A model generated the notes under the pieces. It was not told where the DNA came from. It made no database searches and saw nothing but the letters and a program-made list of their open reading frames with translations. Shown here one piece after another: positions 10,095 through 18,685 of a stretch of DNA of 64,000 bases. The translations under genes and the position numbers were made by a program. This stretch comes from an uncultured virus (IMG/VR IMGVR_UViG_3300020196_000017). Taxonomy: Duplodnaviria; Heunggongvirae; Uroviricota; Caudoviricetes. Each line of letters starts with the position of its first letter. The stretch's first letter is position 1. Where the stretch lies: the IMG/VR virus record IMGVR_UViG_3300020196_000017. One strand, written 5' to 3'.

Positions 10095-11363
10095 ATGACA
10101 AAAAAACCGAAGCTACTTTGGGTTGGTGACATTGTCGCCATGACGGGCTTCGCTCGTGTAACCCATAACGTACTGGAGCGCATTAAGGACAAGTACGAGA
10201 TTGTGGTCCTTGGGTGTAACTGGCATGGTGACCCGGATCCAATGCAGGAGCAGTATCGGATGTACCCTGCATCCAACAGATTCCAGCAGGCTCCTTTCGG
10301 TGAAGAACGTATTCGTGAACTGGTGGATCGCGAGAAGCCAGACATCGTATTCACGATTAACGACATGTGGATCGTCAATACGCAATACAACCAAATTAAA
10401 GATCTGCATAAGGAGCGCGGCTTCAAGTTTGTGGGGTATGTCCCAATGGACTCCTACAACTGGATCGGGTGCCTCGCAGATACTGCTAATGAATGGGACG
10501 CAATCGTTTCGTATACCGAATTCGGGGCTTACGAATTCATTAACGGTGGTGTCCAGAAGGCAATCTCGGTTATCCCTCATGGAGTGACGCCCGGTCAGTT
10601 CTATCCCAAGGACAGGGATGAGTGCCGTAAGGAGTTGAGTTTGAGCCCGGAAGACTTCATTGTCTTCAATGGAAACCGCAATCAATTCCGCAAAAGGATC
10701 GACATCACGATCGCTGGCTTTGCTGAGTTCGCCAAAGACAAGCCGAATGCCAAGCTCTACCTCCACATGGGGACCAAGGATCAGGGCTGGGATGTGATGC
10801 CGATGTTCCACAGGGAAATGCACAAGCGTGGCCTCGATCCGAATGGACGCATCATCATGACTAGCCCAACGGATGGCCCTCCGAACGTTTCCGTTGAACT
10901 ACTTAACACCATCTATAACGCCGTTGACGTGGGCGTGAACACATGCAAAGGAGAAGGGTGGGGACTGGTTAACTTTGAACACGCAGCCTGCCGTGTGGCC
11001 CAGGTAGTGCCCGATCACACGTCTTGTAAGGAGATCTTCCAGGGGTATGGCCGCCTCATCCGCTGCGACCACGTAGACGTGGATACCAACTTCGGTAGGG
11101 AGATGCCCTGCCCTTCCCACCAGCACCTCGCAGAGATCCTCACCGAACTGTACGAGGACCGCGAAAAGCTGGGTGCGGTTGCCGAACTCTGCTACACCCG
11201 CGCCACCGACGAAAAGTTCAACTGGGACTATGTGGCAGAGCAGTTCCACGGGGTATTTACTGAGGTGCTGAACCCAACGCTGGAGGTTGAGGCACTGGTG
11301 GAACCCAAGAGCAAAGGCAAAAAGAAAGGGAAGAACCGCGAGAAGGAACTGGTTACGGCGTAA
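10095..11363 (+). CDS. GT-B (GT4-like) glycosyltransferase
   Basis: TGFARV, IPHGV, NRNQFRKRID and EGWGLVNFEHAAC motifs. Confidence 0.85.
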   Translation: MTKKPKLLWVGDIVAMTGFARVTHNVLERIKDKYEIVVLGCNWHGDPDPMQEQYRMYPASNRFQQAPFGEERIRELVDREKPDIVFTINDMWIVNTQYNQIKDLHKERGFKFVGYVPMDSYNWIGCLADTANEWDAIVSYTEFGAYEFINGGVQKAISVIPHGVTPGQFYPKDRDECRKELSLSPEDFIVFNGNRNQFRKRIDITIAGFAEFAKDKPNAKLYLHMGTKDQGWDVMPMFHREMHKRGLDPNGRIIMTSPTDGPPNVSVELLNTIYNAVDVGVNTCKGEGWGLVNFEHAACRVAQVVPDHTSCKEIFQGYGRLIRCDHVDVDTNFGREMPCPSHQHLAEILTELYEDREKLGAVAELCYTRATDEKFNWDYVAEQFHGVFTEVLNPTLEVEALVEPKSKGKKKGKNREKELVTA

Positions 11364-11412
11364 GGTGGCCTGGGCGTGGACGGGATTTCCGGCCACGGTC
11401 GCAAGGGGAAAT

Positions 11413-11439
11413 GGCTCTCGCGGAGGCGGGGGCCTTTTT
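11413..11439 (+). terminator. probable intrinsic terminator
   Basis: GGCTCTCGC-GGAG-GCGGGGGCC stem followed by TTTTT, downstream of the GT4 gene. Confidence 0.6.
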
Positions 11440-11571
11440 ATTTGAGAACCAAGTCTTATGTTGAGACTCGTGTGTCGTGCAGACTCTCAACAACGTATCT
11501 TTATTGAGAATGGGTTTTGTTGCTGAAATGCCTTGGTATGACTGGTGTCTTGTTTTGAGACTTATTTGTTG

Positions 11572-11757
11572 GTGCAGAGAATGCAGACTTTGGGGGTGGT
11601 TTTAACCTTTTACTAGGTCAAATTACAAATCCAAGATCTTTGTCATTTTTTTGAGAATCATGAGACTCACCTAGGAGCAACAAATTACAAAGATCTGAAC
11701 TTTGTCATTTAGCTATAGATAAGATTAAAAAGACCCCAAAGTCTGCAAAGTCTGCAC
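11572..11757. repeat. long imperfect inverted repeat (~76-bp arms); candidate replication origin
   Basis: Left arm GTGCAGAGAATGCAGACTTTGGGG...AGATCTTTGTCATTT is complementary to right arm AAATTACAAAGATCT...CCCCAAAGTCTGCAAAGTCTGCAC. Confidence 0.8.
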
Positions 11758-11809
11758 TCAACCATTACAATCTTCGTAACTTTGTAATTGTTTTACGTAC
11801 TTTTGTACT

Positions 11810-12514
11810 ATGGCAAACGTCTGGAAACCCCTGGAGCTAACGAACAACCATGCCAACTTCAGGCATGTCGATCTCATTGACGCTCTCACTGAGTCTCAAC
11901 TGAGAGAAAAGGGGTACTATCGCGGGCACCCTTGTCCCCATGGCCACACCATTAGGGATCAAGACCACCACTGGTGTTACGAGTGTGTTCGGAAGATCAT
12001 GAGCAACGTCTGTGGGTTCGATGTCAACTACTTGCATCCCGAATACAAGGTCAAATACGCCTCCATATGGAAGCGAGTACCGGTTGGTTTCCCCCAGGAC
12101 TGCTGGCTGATGAACGTGGATGGAAACCGGACGCCATCAAGGGTCTGCCTGCCGTCCTACAGGTCTGGTTACAGCAAGCAGAAGTCTGAGAATGTGAATA
12201 TCCATAAGGCGATCTACCAGTGTGCCTGGGGGGATGTGGGGTCGCTGCAGGTAACGAGACTGTGTGGAGACAAGCGGTGTTGCAACCCTCTCCACTTGGT
12301 CTCAAGTTGGAATCGCAACCTGCCGCCAAAGTCCATTTCTCCGCTCGAGATTGAGTTCAAAGCTGAGAAGCTGATGCTCTACGGCAAGAGAAACAGAGAG
12401 CAACAACCCATGGAACCGGTCTTAAAGAAAGATTACAAAATGTCTATTACCGATCCACAATTTGTTAAGGAACCTCCCGAGTACAATGAGGATACGAATA
12501 TTTATGATTTTTGA
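11810..12514 (+). CDS. His-Me finger / HNH-type endonuclease-like zinc-binding protein
   Basis: CPHGH...CYEC, CWL, HKAIY and RLCGDKRCCNPLHL motifs. Confidence 0.7.
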   Translation: MANVWKPLELTNNHANFRHVDLIDALTESQLREKGYYRGHPCPHGHTIRDQDHHWCYECVRKIMSNVCGFDVNYLHPEYKVKYASIWKRVPVGFPQDCWLMNVDGNRTPSRVCLPSYRSGYSKQKSENVNIHKAIYQCAWGDVGSLQVTRLCGDKRCCNPLHLVSSWNRNLPPKSISPLEIEFKAEKLMLYGKRNREQQPMEPVLKKDYKMSITDPQFVKEPPEYNEDTNIYDF

Positions 12515-13257
12515 TGTCCACACGGTCATCGTTAAATCAGCGGCAGCGAACTAGAGACAATCCCCTGGTACTTGGTACGTTTAGTACCACATCGTTGCGT
12601 TATCTGACGGGAAGGTTGGGTCCTGAAAATAAGGTTGTTGGTCGCGCTGATACCAATCAATTTTCCAATGGTGGTTTTGGTGGTGGCACCATGAACCACT
12701 GGTTTCAAGTCAATATCAGTACGACTGTTTGGCTTATTGTTGCCAAGGGTCCGCCGAGGCCTCAATACATTCAAGTGTCTGCGTATGACTTGAATTTCAA
12801 TCCAATTCAAGCGCGGATGATATTCGATGAGGACAGTATCGCCACGGTTTCAGACGGAGCGATTGTTCATCCGTACTTAGGCCACGTAATGGCCGCTGGT
12901 TCATATTTCTATAATGATTTCAACACGTTTCGTTTAGACAAAGGGAATAATCTTTATTACACCCTGGAGCCAGGAAGCTATTTGCTTTGTGTTTCCAGTA
13001 CACGTAATGAGCTTCTGGATTATGCAGTTGGTCTTGTAATTGAAGTTTCTGATCGCAACCCATTCTTGTTGCTAGAAGATTTCTTTAATTTTGAATTTGA
13101 AAATTTTGATCAGATACTGTGTGATGTAACGCCTGACTTTACGGGTTCCGAAGAACATCAACATTCACTTGCTGAATGGACATTGTCCTGGAATCGAGAG
13201 CATCAAGATACAGACAAGCTACCTGCTGTATTTCCACCACTGACAACAGTTCCGTAA
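12511..13257 (+). CDS. hypothetical phage protein
   Basis: 248-aa ORF coupled to the upstream stop. Confidence 0.65.
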   Translation: MMSTRSSLNQRQRTRDNPLVLGTFSTTSLRYLTGRLGPENKVVGRADTNQFSNGGFGGGTMNHWFQVNISTTVWLIVAKGPPRPQYIQVSAYDLNFNPIQARMIFDEDSIATVSDGAIVHPYLGHVMAAGSYFYNDFNTFRLDKGNNLYYTLEPGSYLLCVSSTRNELLDYAVGLVIEVSDRNPFLLLEDFFNFEFENFDQILCDVTPDFTGSEEHQHSLAEWTLSWNREHQDTDKLPAVFPPLTTVP

Positions 13258-13388
13258 TGCGGTTTTATAACTGGTTGATCTGCAAATTATTTAAACGATG
13301 TGAGATTTATGTGCCGCCACATGAGGCTTTTCGTCGTTATTGTAAGGAAAATCCGTGGCATAAAAGCTGCAAAATTTTCGATCTGTGA
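13257..13388 (+). CDS. CP12-like mini-protein (43 aa)
   Basis: ATG overlaps the upstream TAA; C-terminus FRRYCKENPWHKSCKIFDL has the CP12 YCxxNPxxxxCxxYD spacing. Confidence 0.5.
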   Translation: MRFYNWLICKLFKRCEIYVPPHEAFRRYCKENPWHKSCKIFDL

Positions 13389-13609
13389 TGGATGACGCGT
13401 ATCAAAAGAAAGAAAAAACTATTTACAAAATACCTGAAGCAAAAGTATTACATGAAGCTGCGGTTGGTTCCGTGGATGAAAAGTTCTTGCGGTACGATAT
13501 GGCTCGCTTCTTTAGCGGTTGGCAAAAGCGTCAGGCAGATAAACGATTGGATGAACAAACGGTCAAGAAGACCCAGGGTTCAAAACATGAGTTCGACTTT
13601 GACCGGTAA
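13385..13609 (+). CDS. hypothetical protein
   Basis: 74-aa ORF coupled to the upstream gene. Confidence 0.5.
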   Translation: MMDDAYQKKEKTIYKIPEAKVLHEAAVGSVDEKFLRYDMARFFSGWQKRQADKRLDEQTVKKTQGSKHEFDFDR

Positions 13610-13832
13610 GTTGACGCTTGCTGATCAAAAATATCTAATCGAAAAGTTGCGTCAATGGTGTGAAGAACTTCCGATTCAAGATATGATTGCTTTACGTTGT
13701 GAATCTGTTGTTGCGGAAAAGCAATATCGTATCTGGAAAAGATGGTTGCTTACAAAAGAATCACCATATGGTTGGTCATTTAGCGATGAACATCTTGCGT
13801 TGTATTTTTATAAACACACCCCGATAGAATAA
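13587..13832 (+). CDS. hypothetical protein
   Basis: Likely start ATG 13587 (MSSTLTGKL...) within the listed 146-aa ORF. Confidence 0.45.
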   Translation: MSSTLTGKLTLADQKYLIEKLRQWCEELPIQDMIALRCESVVAEKQYRIWKRWLLTKESPYGWSFSDEHLALYFYKHTPIE

Positions 13833-13851
13833 CGATAGGTGCCTAAAAATC

Positions 13852-14016
13852 ATGCACAAGCTCAATGAATACCTGGAAGTTGCTCTTGCCATTCATGCGG
13901 CATGTTCTGCAATTACCGCTCTGACCCCCACCCCGAAAGATGATGCGATTGTTCGCAAGTTGTATCGATTAATTGAAATCGGTGCTCTTGCTATTGGTCG
14001 TGCAAAACAACGTTGA
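13852..14016 (+). CDS. small membrane protein, putative holin
   Basis: MHKLNEYLEVALAIHAACSAITALTPTPKDDAIVRKLYRLIEIGALAIGRAKQR; hydrophobic helix plus TPTPKDD, next to the endolysin. Confidence 0.55.
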   Translation: MHKLNEYLEVALAIHAACSAITALTPTPKDDAIVRKLYRLIEIGALAIGRAKQR

Positions 14017-14175
14017 TTATTCAACGGCAGAGAACCAAAAAACAACGCCATCATTTTGCTCAACCCATTTACGTGTGGCGTATGCTTCCTCTTTGGACAT
14101 CGTCACACATTTTTTTTCTTCACCAACTTCCCAACAAATATTTACACGAATGTGAGGATCTCTTTTTGCTTTCAT
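14017..14175 (-). CDS. hypothetical protein (52 aa)
   Basis: MKAKRDPHIRVNICWEVGEEKKCV...; starts just after the endolysin stop. Confidence 0.5.
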   Translation of the reverse strand: MKAKRDPHIRVNICWEVGEEKKCVTMSKEEAYATRKWVEQNDGVVFWFSAVE

Positions 14176-14178
14176 GCA

Positions 14179-15198
14179 TTAATAATCCCATCTAATACGT
14201 TGCTTAGAACTTCTAATTCCCAAATGCACGAATCCTTTTTTGGCGCCGTATCCTACTGAGTAAGGCCAATTTTTATCGCAATATTTTTCTACCGCATAAA
14301 TATCTGCTCCGTTGACATAGAAATCAATTGCTCCTTCGTTAGCAACACTATATAAATGTTCTGACGCACTTGCGCCGCCAACAGCTTTATTCACGGCTGG
14401 TGGACGATGGCCACTTGTGATAATAAGAGGTTTGTTACCAAAAGCAGCTCTTACTTTTTCCAGGAAGCGACACAGTTCAATTGCTGTTTCGCATTGATGT
14501 TGTTTTGTGAAACGCCGTGTTTCTTGCCCTAAGCAAAGTTCGCCGTAAGTGATGTTGGGTGTGATTTTATAGGTGAATGGGCTCCAAGGATTAAATGGTT
14601 TTGCTGCTGGGACCGGATCCTTGGGATTTGCTACTCCAGTAGTCGTGCCAATTTCTCGATCCATAATCTGGATCAACTTGGTTGCGTAGTCAGGATCAGT
14701 TGCGTAATTTTCTTTTACCAGCAGCTTGGCACATTCATTCCTATTTGTAGCTCGATTAACTCCTTTGTATACGCCAAAGTCTTTGTACCAGCGTTCAACT
14801 AGGTATTCAACACAGGTAAGTAAATCGGGAAAGTCAATGAATCCTGCTTTGATGGTGACCCATTGACCATTGATAAATTCTTGTGTATTTACGTTGGATC
14901 CAGCACCTTTCAGTCCAAAGTAGTTGTGCTTACCGGATGTGTGTTTGCCCCAGGAACTTTCGAGTGCCCATTGTGCAGCAACAACTTCCGGATACTTGGC
15001 ACCGCAATGCTTTCCAGCCGCAAGCACACCCTCCCAGTTGTTTTCGAATGCGTGTTTTGTCGGCGGTTTAATGCGGTATTTGGCGGCAAATTCTTCCAGG
15101 AGTTCTGGAGAAAGTTGCTCTTGTAACCACTTCCAGGCTGCAGTTTGATGTGGCTCTTCTTTGTAGTATTTAACTGCAGATATTAATTCAATTGGCAT
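14179..15198 (-). CDS. endolysin: glucosaminidase (GH73-like) plus peptidase M15 domain
   Basis: AAQWALESSWG, NYFGLKG, YATDPDY; ITSGHR...N..VGGASASEH...AID...FVHLG. Confidence 0.85.
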   Translation of the reverse strand: MPIELISAVKYYKEEPHQTAAWKWLQEQLSPELLEEFAAKYRIKPPTKHAFENNWEGVLAAGKHCGAKYPEVVAAQWALESSWGKHTSGKHNYFGLKGAGSNVNTQEFINGQWVTIKAGFIDFPDLLTCVEYLVERWYKDFGVYKGVNRATNRNECAKLLVKENYATDPDYATKLIQIMDREIGTTTGVANPKDPVPAAKPFNPWSPFTYKITPNITYGELCLGQETRRFTKQHQCETAIELCRFLEKVRAAFGNKPLIITSGHRPPAVNKAVGGASASEHLYSVANEGAIDFYVNGADIYAVEKYCDKNWPYSVGYGAKKGFVHLGIRSSKQRIRWDY

Positions 15199-15263
15199 AT
15201 TACCTAAAGCTTTTCTCTAACTTTAGGTCAGGTGTATTGATTGAACTATCCGGAAATGCCAGA

Positions 15264-15611
15264 TTATTCAACAGTTGCTTCTGTGCCAGGGAATGCGGGC
15301 CAGTTGCTGTAAGCTTGGTCGCGGATCAAGGCCGCTAATTCGTCTGTGGTGCTGGTTGCCTGAATTCCTGTAACCTTGGAAGCACATGTTTCACGGATTG
15401 ACTGCCTCCAGGTTTTGATGTCAGCCGGGCAAGCAGTTCCGTTATCAGCTTCTCGCACTACATACCAATCGTTTGGAGCGAGGAGAGTGTAAGCAGTTTG
15501 CTTGGTATTACCGGTCCAACGCTCTACGAGGTCGCCGTGATCTTGGGGGATGAGATTGCCGTTCTCATCGTATCCCCAATAAAACCATTGATCGTACGTC
15601 TGATCAGACAT
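15264..15611 (-). CDS. tail fibre assembly chaperone-like protein
   Basis: FYWG...LLAPNDWYVVR...WRQSIR...WP; follows a fibre gene; paralogue of 18190..18648. Confidence 0.7.
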   Translation of the reverse strand: MSDQTYDQWFYWGYDENGNLIPQDHGDLVERWTGNTKQTAYTLLAPNDWYVVREADNGTACPADIKTWRQSIRETCASKVTGIQATSTTDELAALIRDQAYSNWPAFPGTEATVE

Positions 15612-15650
15612 GTTATTGCACCTTTTATACTATTTTAAATCTTGCAATCT

Positions 15651-18152
15651 TTACCGTGCACGTGCGTATTTGAAGGGCGATTCGGCGTAGGCGGCGAAGA
15701 TGTAGGTGCCGCCGGAAGCGTTGCCTGCTGTATGAGAATCTCGGAGCTTGAATCCGTTGGAAAGGGCATCAATACCAACGCCGATGTTAAGGCTAACCGA
15801 GTTTTCTTCAGCCGATGAGTTTGGCACCCCCTCTAGGAACATTTTGTTCCCAGTATCTCTAGCGGTGTCATAGATCTGCCAGTTTGCTGAGCTGTCTGTG
15901 CGCTTAATCATGATCCAACGAGGGCGGAAGCCCAGGAACACGAACGGACCATCGCTGCTGCCGTTGCCGGTGTAGGAGCCGAACTTGCTGAAGCCCGCGA
16001 CTTCGGACCACAGGTAGGCGACTTGCGTCACACCATTTGCATTTAATCCAGACGCAGCCCCAACCGTAAAAACACTAGAAGTTGGGGCTGTATTGTTCCA
16101 AGCGGCGGTAAAAGTTAGGGCTGCGTCCGTAAGGCTTAGGAACAAGGTTTTTGTTGCTCCGATACTTTCGTGATAAACCCACCAATCTCCAGTAGCTCCT
16201 CTTGATTTCACAAGCACCATTTTTGGCGCTACACCAAGTGAATGTGAAACGTTTTGCGTTGCACCAGTGCCGTTAAAGGTCACGATGTCGAAGCCCGGCG
16301 TGGCGCTTTCGTCCCAGCACCAGGCGACGTAGGAATCCCCGGTAAGGTTGACACCCTCCATTGTGGATGTCCCGGCCAATGTAAATCCGTCCGAGGTAAA
16401 AGCTGAGATTGTGCCAGCACTTTCCGAAGAAGTTTCGGCGTCAATGGTGTTGCTTTTAAGTGTTTTATTTCCGCCACGCAGGGTATCAACAAATCGATGG
16501 TTGGTAGCTTGCGTTCGATCCTTCAGCCACACCAAATCAGGAGAAAAATTAAGCCCGCTGATGGTGCGCGGATTTGCATTATCTCCTGCCCACAGCACCG
16601 TATCCATATAACTATTGCCTTTAACAATAGTGGGTTCTGGAAGATTGGTACCAACTAAAGCTTTAAACCCAGTAGGTGCGGTGTATGCGAAGGGACGTTG
16701 ACCGAAGTTTACGGTAAGAGTTGTAAGAGCTCCTCCAGTATTAATTCCAAAATACAAACCACTGATTTCTGCAATATTGCTTACTGTTAATACAGGATTT
16801 GTCCCAGTATTTGGAACACCTATACCTACACTATTACTCCCCCATGTTCCATTGCGTCCAAACCAAACATTTCTTGCTCCACCTGTAAAATCAAAAGCAA
16901 CTTGTATTACATCACCAACGGAAAACGCTGACGTACACCCGGCTTTAATTGTGGTTGCTCCGTTTAAGACATCGCCGCCCTGACTTATGTAAAAAGTTCC
17001 TGCTGAGTTATATTGAAGATTACTTCGTGCAATACTTTCATATGCAAAACCTACTCCACCATTAGCGGTGCCTGCATATACGCATTCAAAATAACCCTTA
17101 AGATTTTCCGGGCTAAAAGTTGCACGTACATTACGATAACCGCTGTTATTGCTAACGTTTAAATCTAAATTACCGTTAGATAAGTAAAAATTTGCCGTTA
17201 AACCAGTGCCATCTAAAGGATTTAATGTGCAGTAATTCCCCCTTACTTCTCCACCAACACCAGTATCAGTGTTAAAGCTAGTGGGAGAATCAACTAAGGA
17301 GTCGTTACCTGCACCAGCTGTGACACTGAAGTTATTAGGTGTCCAGTTATTACTATTGCCACTGTTATCTTTGCCAAGAGTAGTGGAAGTAGTTCCGGAG
17401 TTATCAGAGAAGTTCAGGTAGAAACCATTGGTACCATAAGTACCTGTGTATTTTTTAGGAATCCATTGTCCAGTTGTCCCATCAGTTTCCGCAAAGTCAG
17501 ACGGTGTTAATGCTTGACCGTCAACAAAGTGTGTTTCGGCTAAGTAACTGTCAAGGTAATGGGGCGTGCCTCCTGTCTTACCAAAATGATGAACTGAGGC
17601 TGCGTTGACCCCAGTATTATCATTTTGATTCATGTTGCTTGTTGTGCTAAAAGCAGTTATTTCCGTTCCATTTACATAAAGTTTTATTCTATTATTAGCT
17701 GTGGCTTGCGTTGTATCTACGCTTACCACGACATGATACCAGCCTGATACATCTCTAAATACTTGAGAAGTTATTCGCCAGTAAGTGCTATACCCAGCAA
17801 GTAGTAACCTATCAGATTCAAAGCCTAAATCAAGCCAAGTTGTATCACTTGTCCCGTTGGGGGTACTAAATATCGCTTGGAATCCGCCCAACTTAGAACG
17901 TTTAACCCAAGCACTCAACGTCCACGTTTTTCTGTTCCCTGAACTTCCAGGAGTCCGGCTTAAATCCGCACTATCTGCTGAATTAAAGCGAAGGCTGCGA
18001 AAAACGTTATATCCTTCTGGGGGTGGGCCAGGCCATACGTCATCTTTGTTCAGTTTGAATTGCTGAGCACTATCCCATTCTCCGGTACGAGAAGTTGCAC
18101 TCCATGCAGAAGGAGTTGCTCCACGGAAACCACCTAAAGGACGAGTGCCCAT
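15651..18152 (-). CDS. tail fibre / receptor-binding protein with LamG/ConA-like and SPRY-like modules
   Basis: SLRFNSADS, WYHVVV, YGTNGFYL, NFGQRPFAYT, FSPDLVW, AESPFKYARAR. Confidence 0.8.
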   Translation of the reverse strand: MGTRPLGGFRGATPSAWSATSRTGEWDSAQQFKLNKDDVWPGPPPEGYNVFRSLRFNSADSADLSRTPGSSGNRKTWTLSAWVKRSKLGGFQAIFSTPNGTSDTTWLDLGFESDRLLLAGYSTYWRITSQVFRDVSGWYHVVVSVDTTQATANNRIKLYVNGTEITAFSTTSNMNQNDNTGVNAASVHHFGKTGGTPHYLDSYLAETHFVDGQALTPSDFAETDGTTGQWIPKKYTGTYGTNGFYLNFSDNSGTTSTTLGKDNSGNSNNWTPNNFSVTAGAGNDSLVDSPTSFNTDTGVGGEVRGNYCTLNPLDGTGLTANFYLSNGNLDLNVSNNSGYRNVRATFSPENLKGYFECVYAGTANGGVGFAYESIARSNLQYNSAGTFYISQGGDVLNGATTIKAGCTSAFSVGDVIQVAFDFTGGARNVWFGRNGTWGSNSVGIGVPNTGTNPVLTVSNIAEISGLYFGINTGGALTTLTVNFGQRPFAYTAPTGFKALVGTNLPEPTIVKGNSYMDTVLWAGDNANPRTISGLNFSPDLVWLKDRTQATNHRFVDTLRGGNKTLKSNTIDAETSSESAGTISAFTSDGFTLAGTSTMEGVNLTGDSYVAWCWDESATPGFDIVTFNGTGATQNVSHSLGVAPKMVLVKSRGATGDWWVYHESIGATKTLFLSLTDAALTFTAAWNNTAPTSSVFTVGAASGLNANGVTQVAYLWSEVAGFSKFGSYTGNGSSDGPFVFLGFRPRWIMIKRTDSSANWQIYDTARDTGNKMFLEGVPNSSAEENSVSLNIGVGIDALSNGFKLRDSHTAGNASGGTYIFAAYAESPFKYARAR

Positions 18153-18189
18153 TACTTATACTGCAACAGTTTTTTTAATTATAAATTAC

Positions 18190-18648
18190 TTAGGCTGGCT
18201 TCTCGGGCCAGGTGTTGTAATCACTTCCGGTCACGTAGATTTGCAAGCCGTAAGTATCTTCGGTTTCTTGAAGTTTGGTGCATTTTTCTGCAACAGCTTC
18301 ACGCACCGCTTGGCGCCATGCCTTGATTGCAGGGTCTACAGAGGCGTTCTCATCGAGTGACTGAATTACCACCCAATCTGTATCAGCAAGCTTACTGTTG
18401 GCGGTGTTGTGCGTTGCTTGCGTCCATTCTTTTACAAGCTGCGAACGCTTTTTGGGAATGCAGTAATTGCCTCCATCTACACCCCAATAGAAACGTGTAT
18501 CACAAACCGGCGGGTCAGGGCTTACTGTGATGCCCAGATGACGCAATTGATCGTGGGTAGCTTCCAGGAGCCATTTACCAGGGTATGTGATTTCGTTAAT
18601 GGTGAATGACTCGGTTGGGTCAAGTACCTGCCCGTTTTTTACAAACAT
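18190..18648 (-). CDS. tail fibre assembly chaperone-like protein
   Basis: RFYWG...LADTDWVVI...WRQAVR...WP. Confidence 0.7.
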   Translation of the reverse strand: MFVKNGQVLDPTESFTINEITYPGKWLLEATHDQLRHLGITVSPDPPVCDTRFYWGVDGGNYCIPKKRSQLVKEWTQATHNTANSKLADTDWVVIQSLDENASVDPAIKAWRQAVREAVAEKCTKLQETEDTYGLQIYVTGSDYNTWPEKPA

Positions 18649-18685
18649 GTTTCTACCTTTTTTTCTATTTTAAATCGTGGGTTAT

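Noticed and set aside
10113..10823. 236-aa ORF on -
   Set aside because: Antisense to the well-supported GT4 gene, with no motifs
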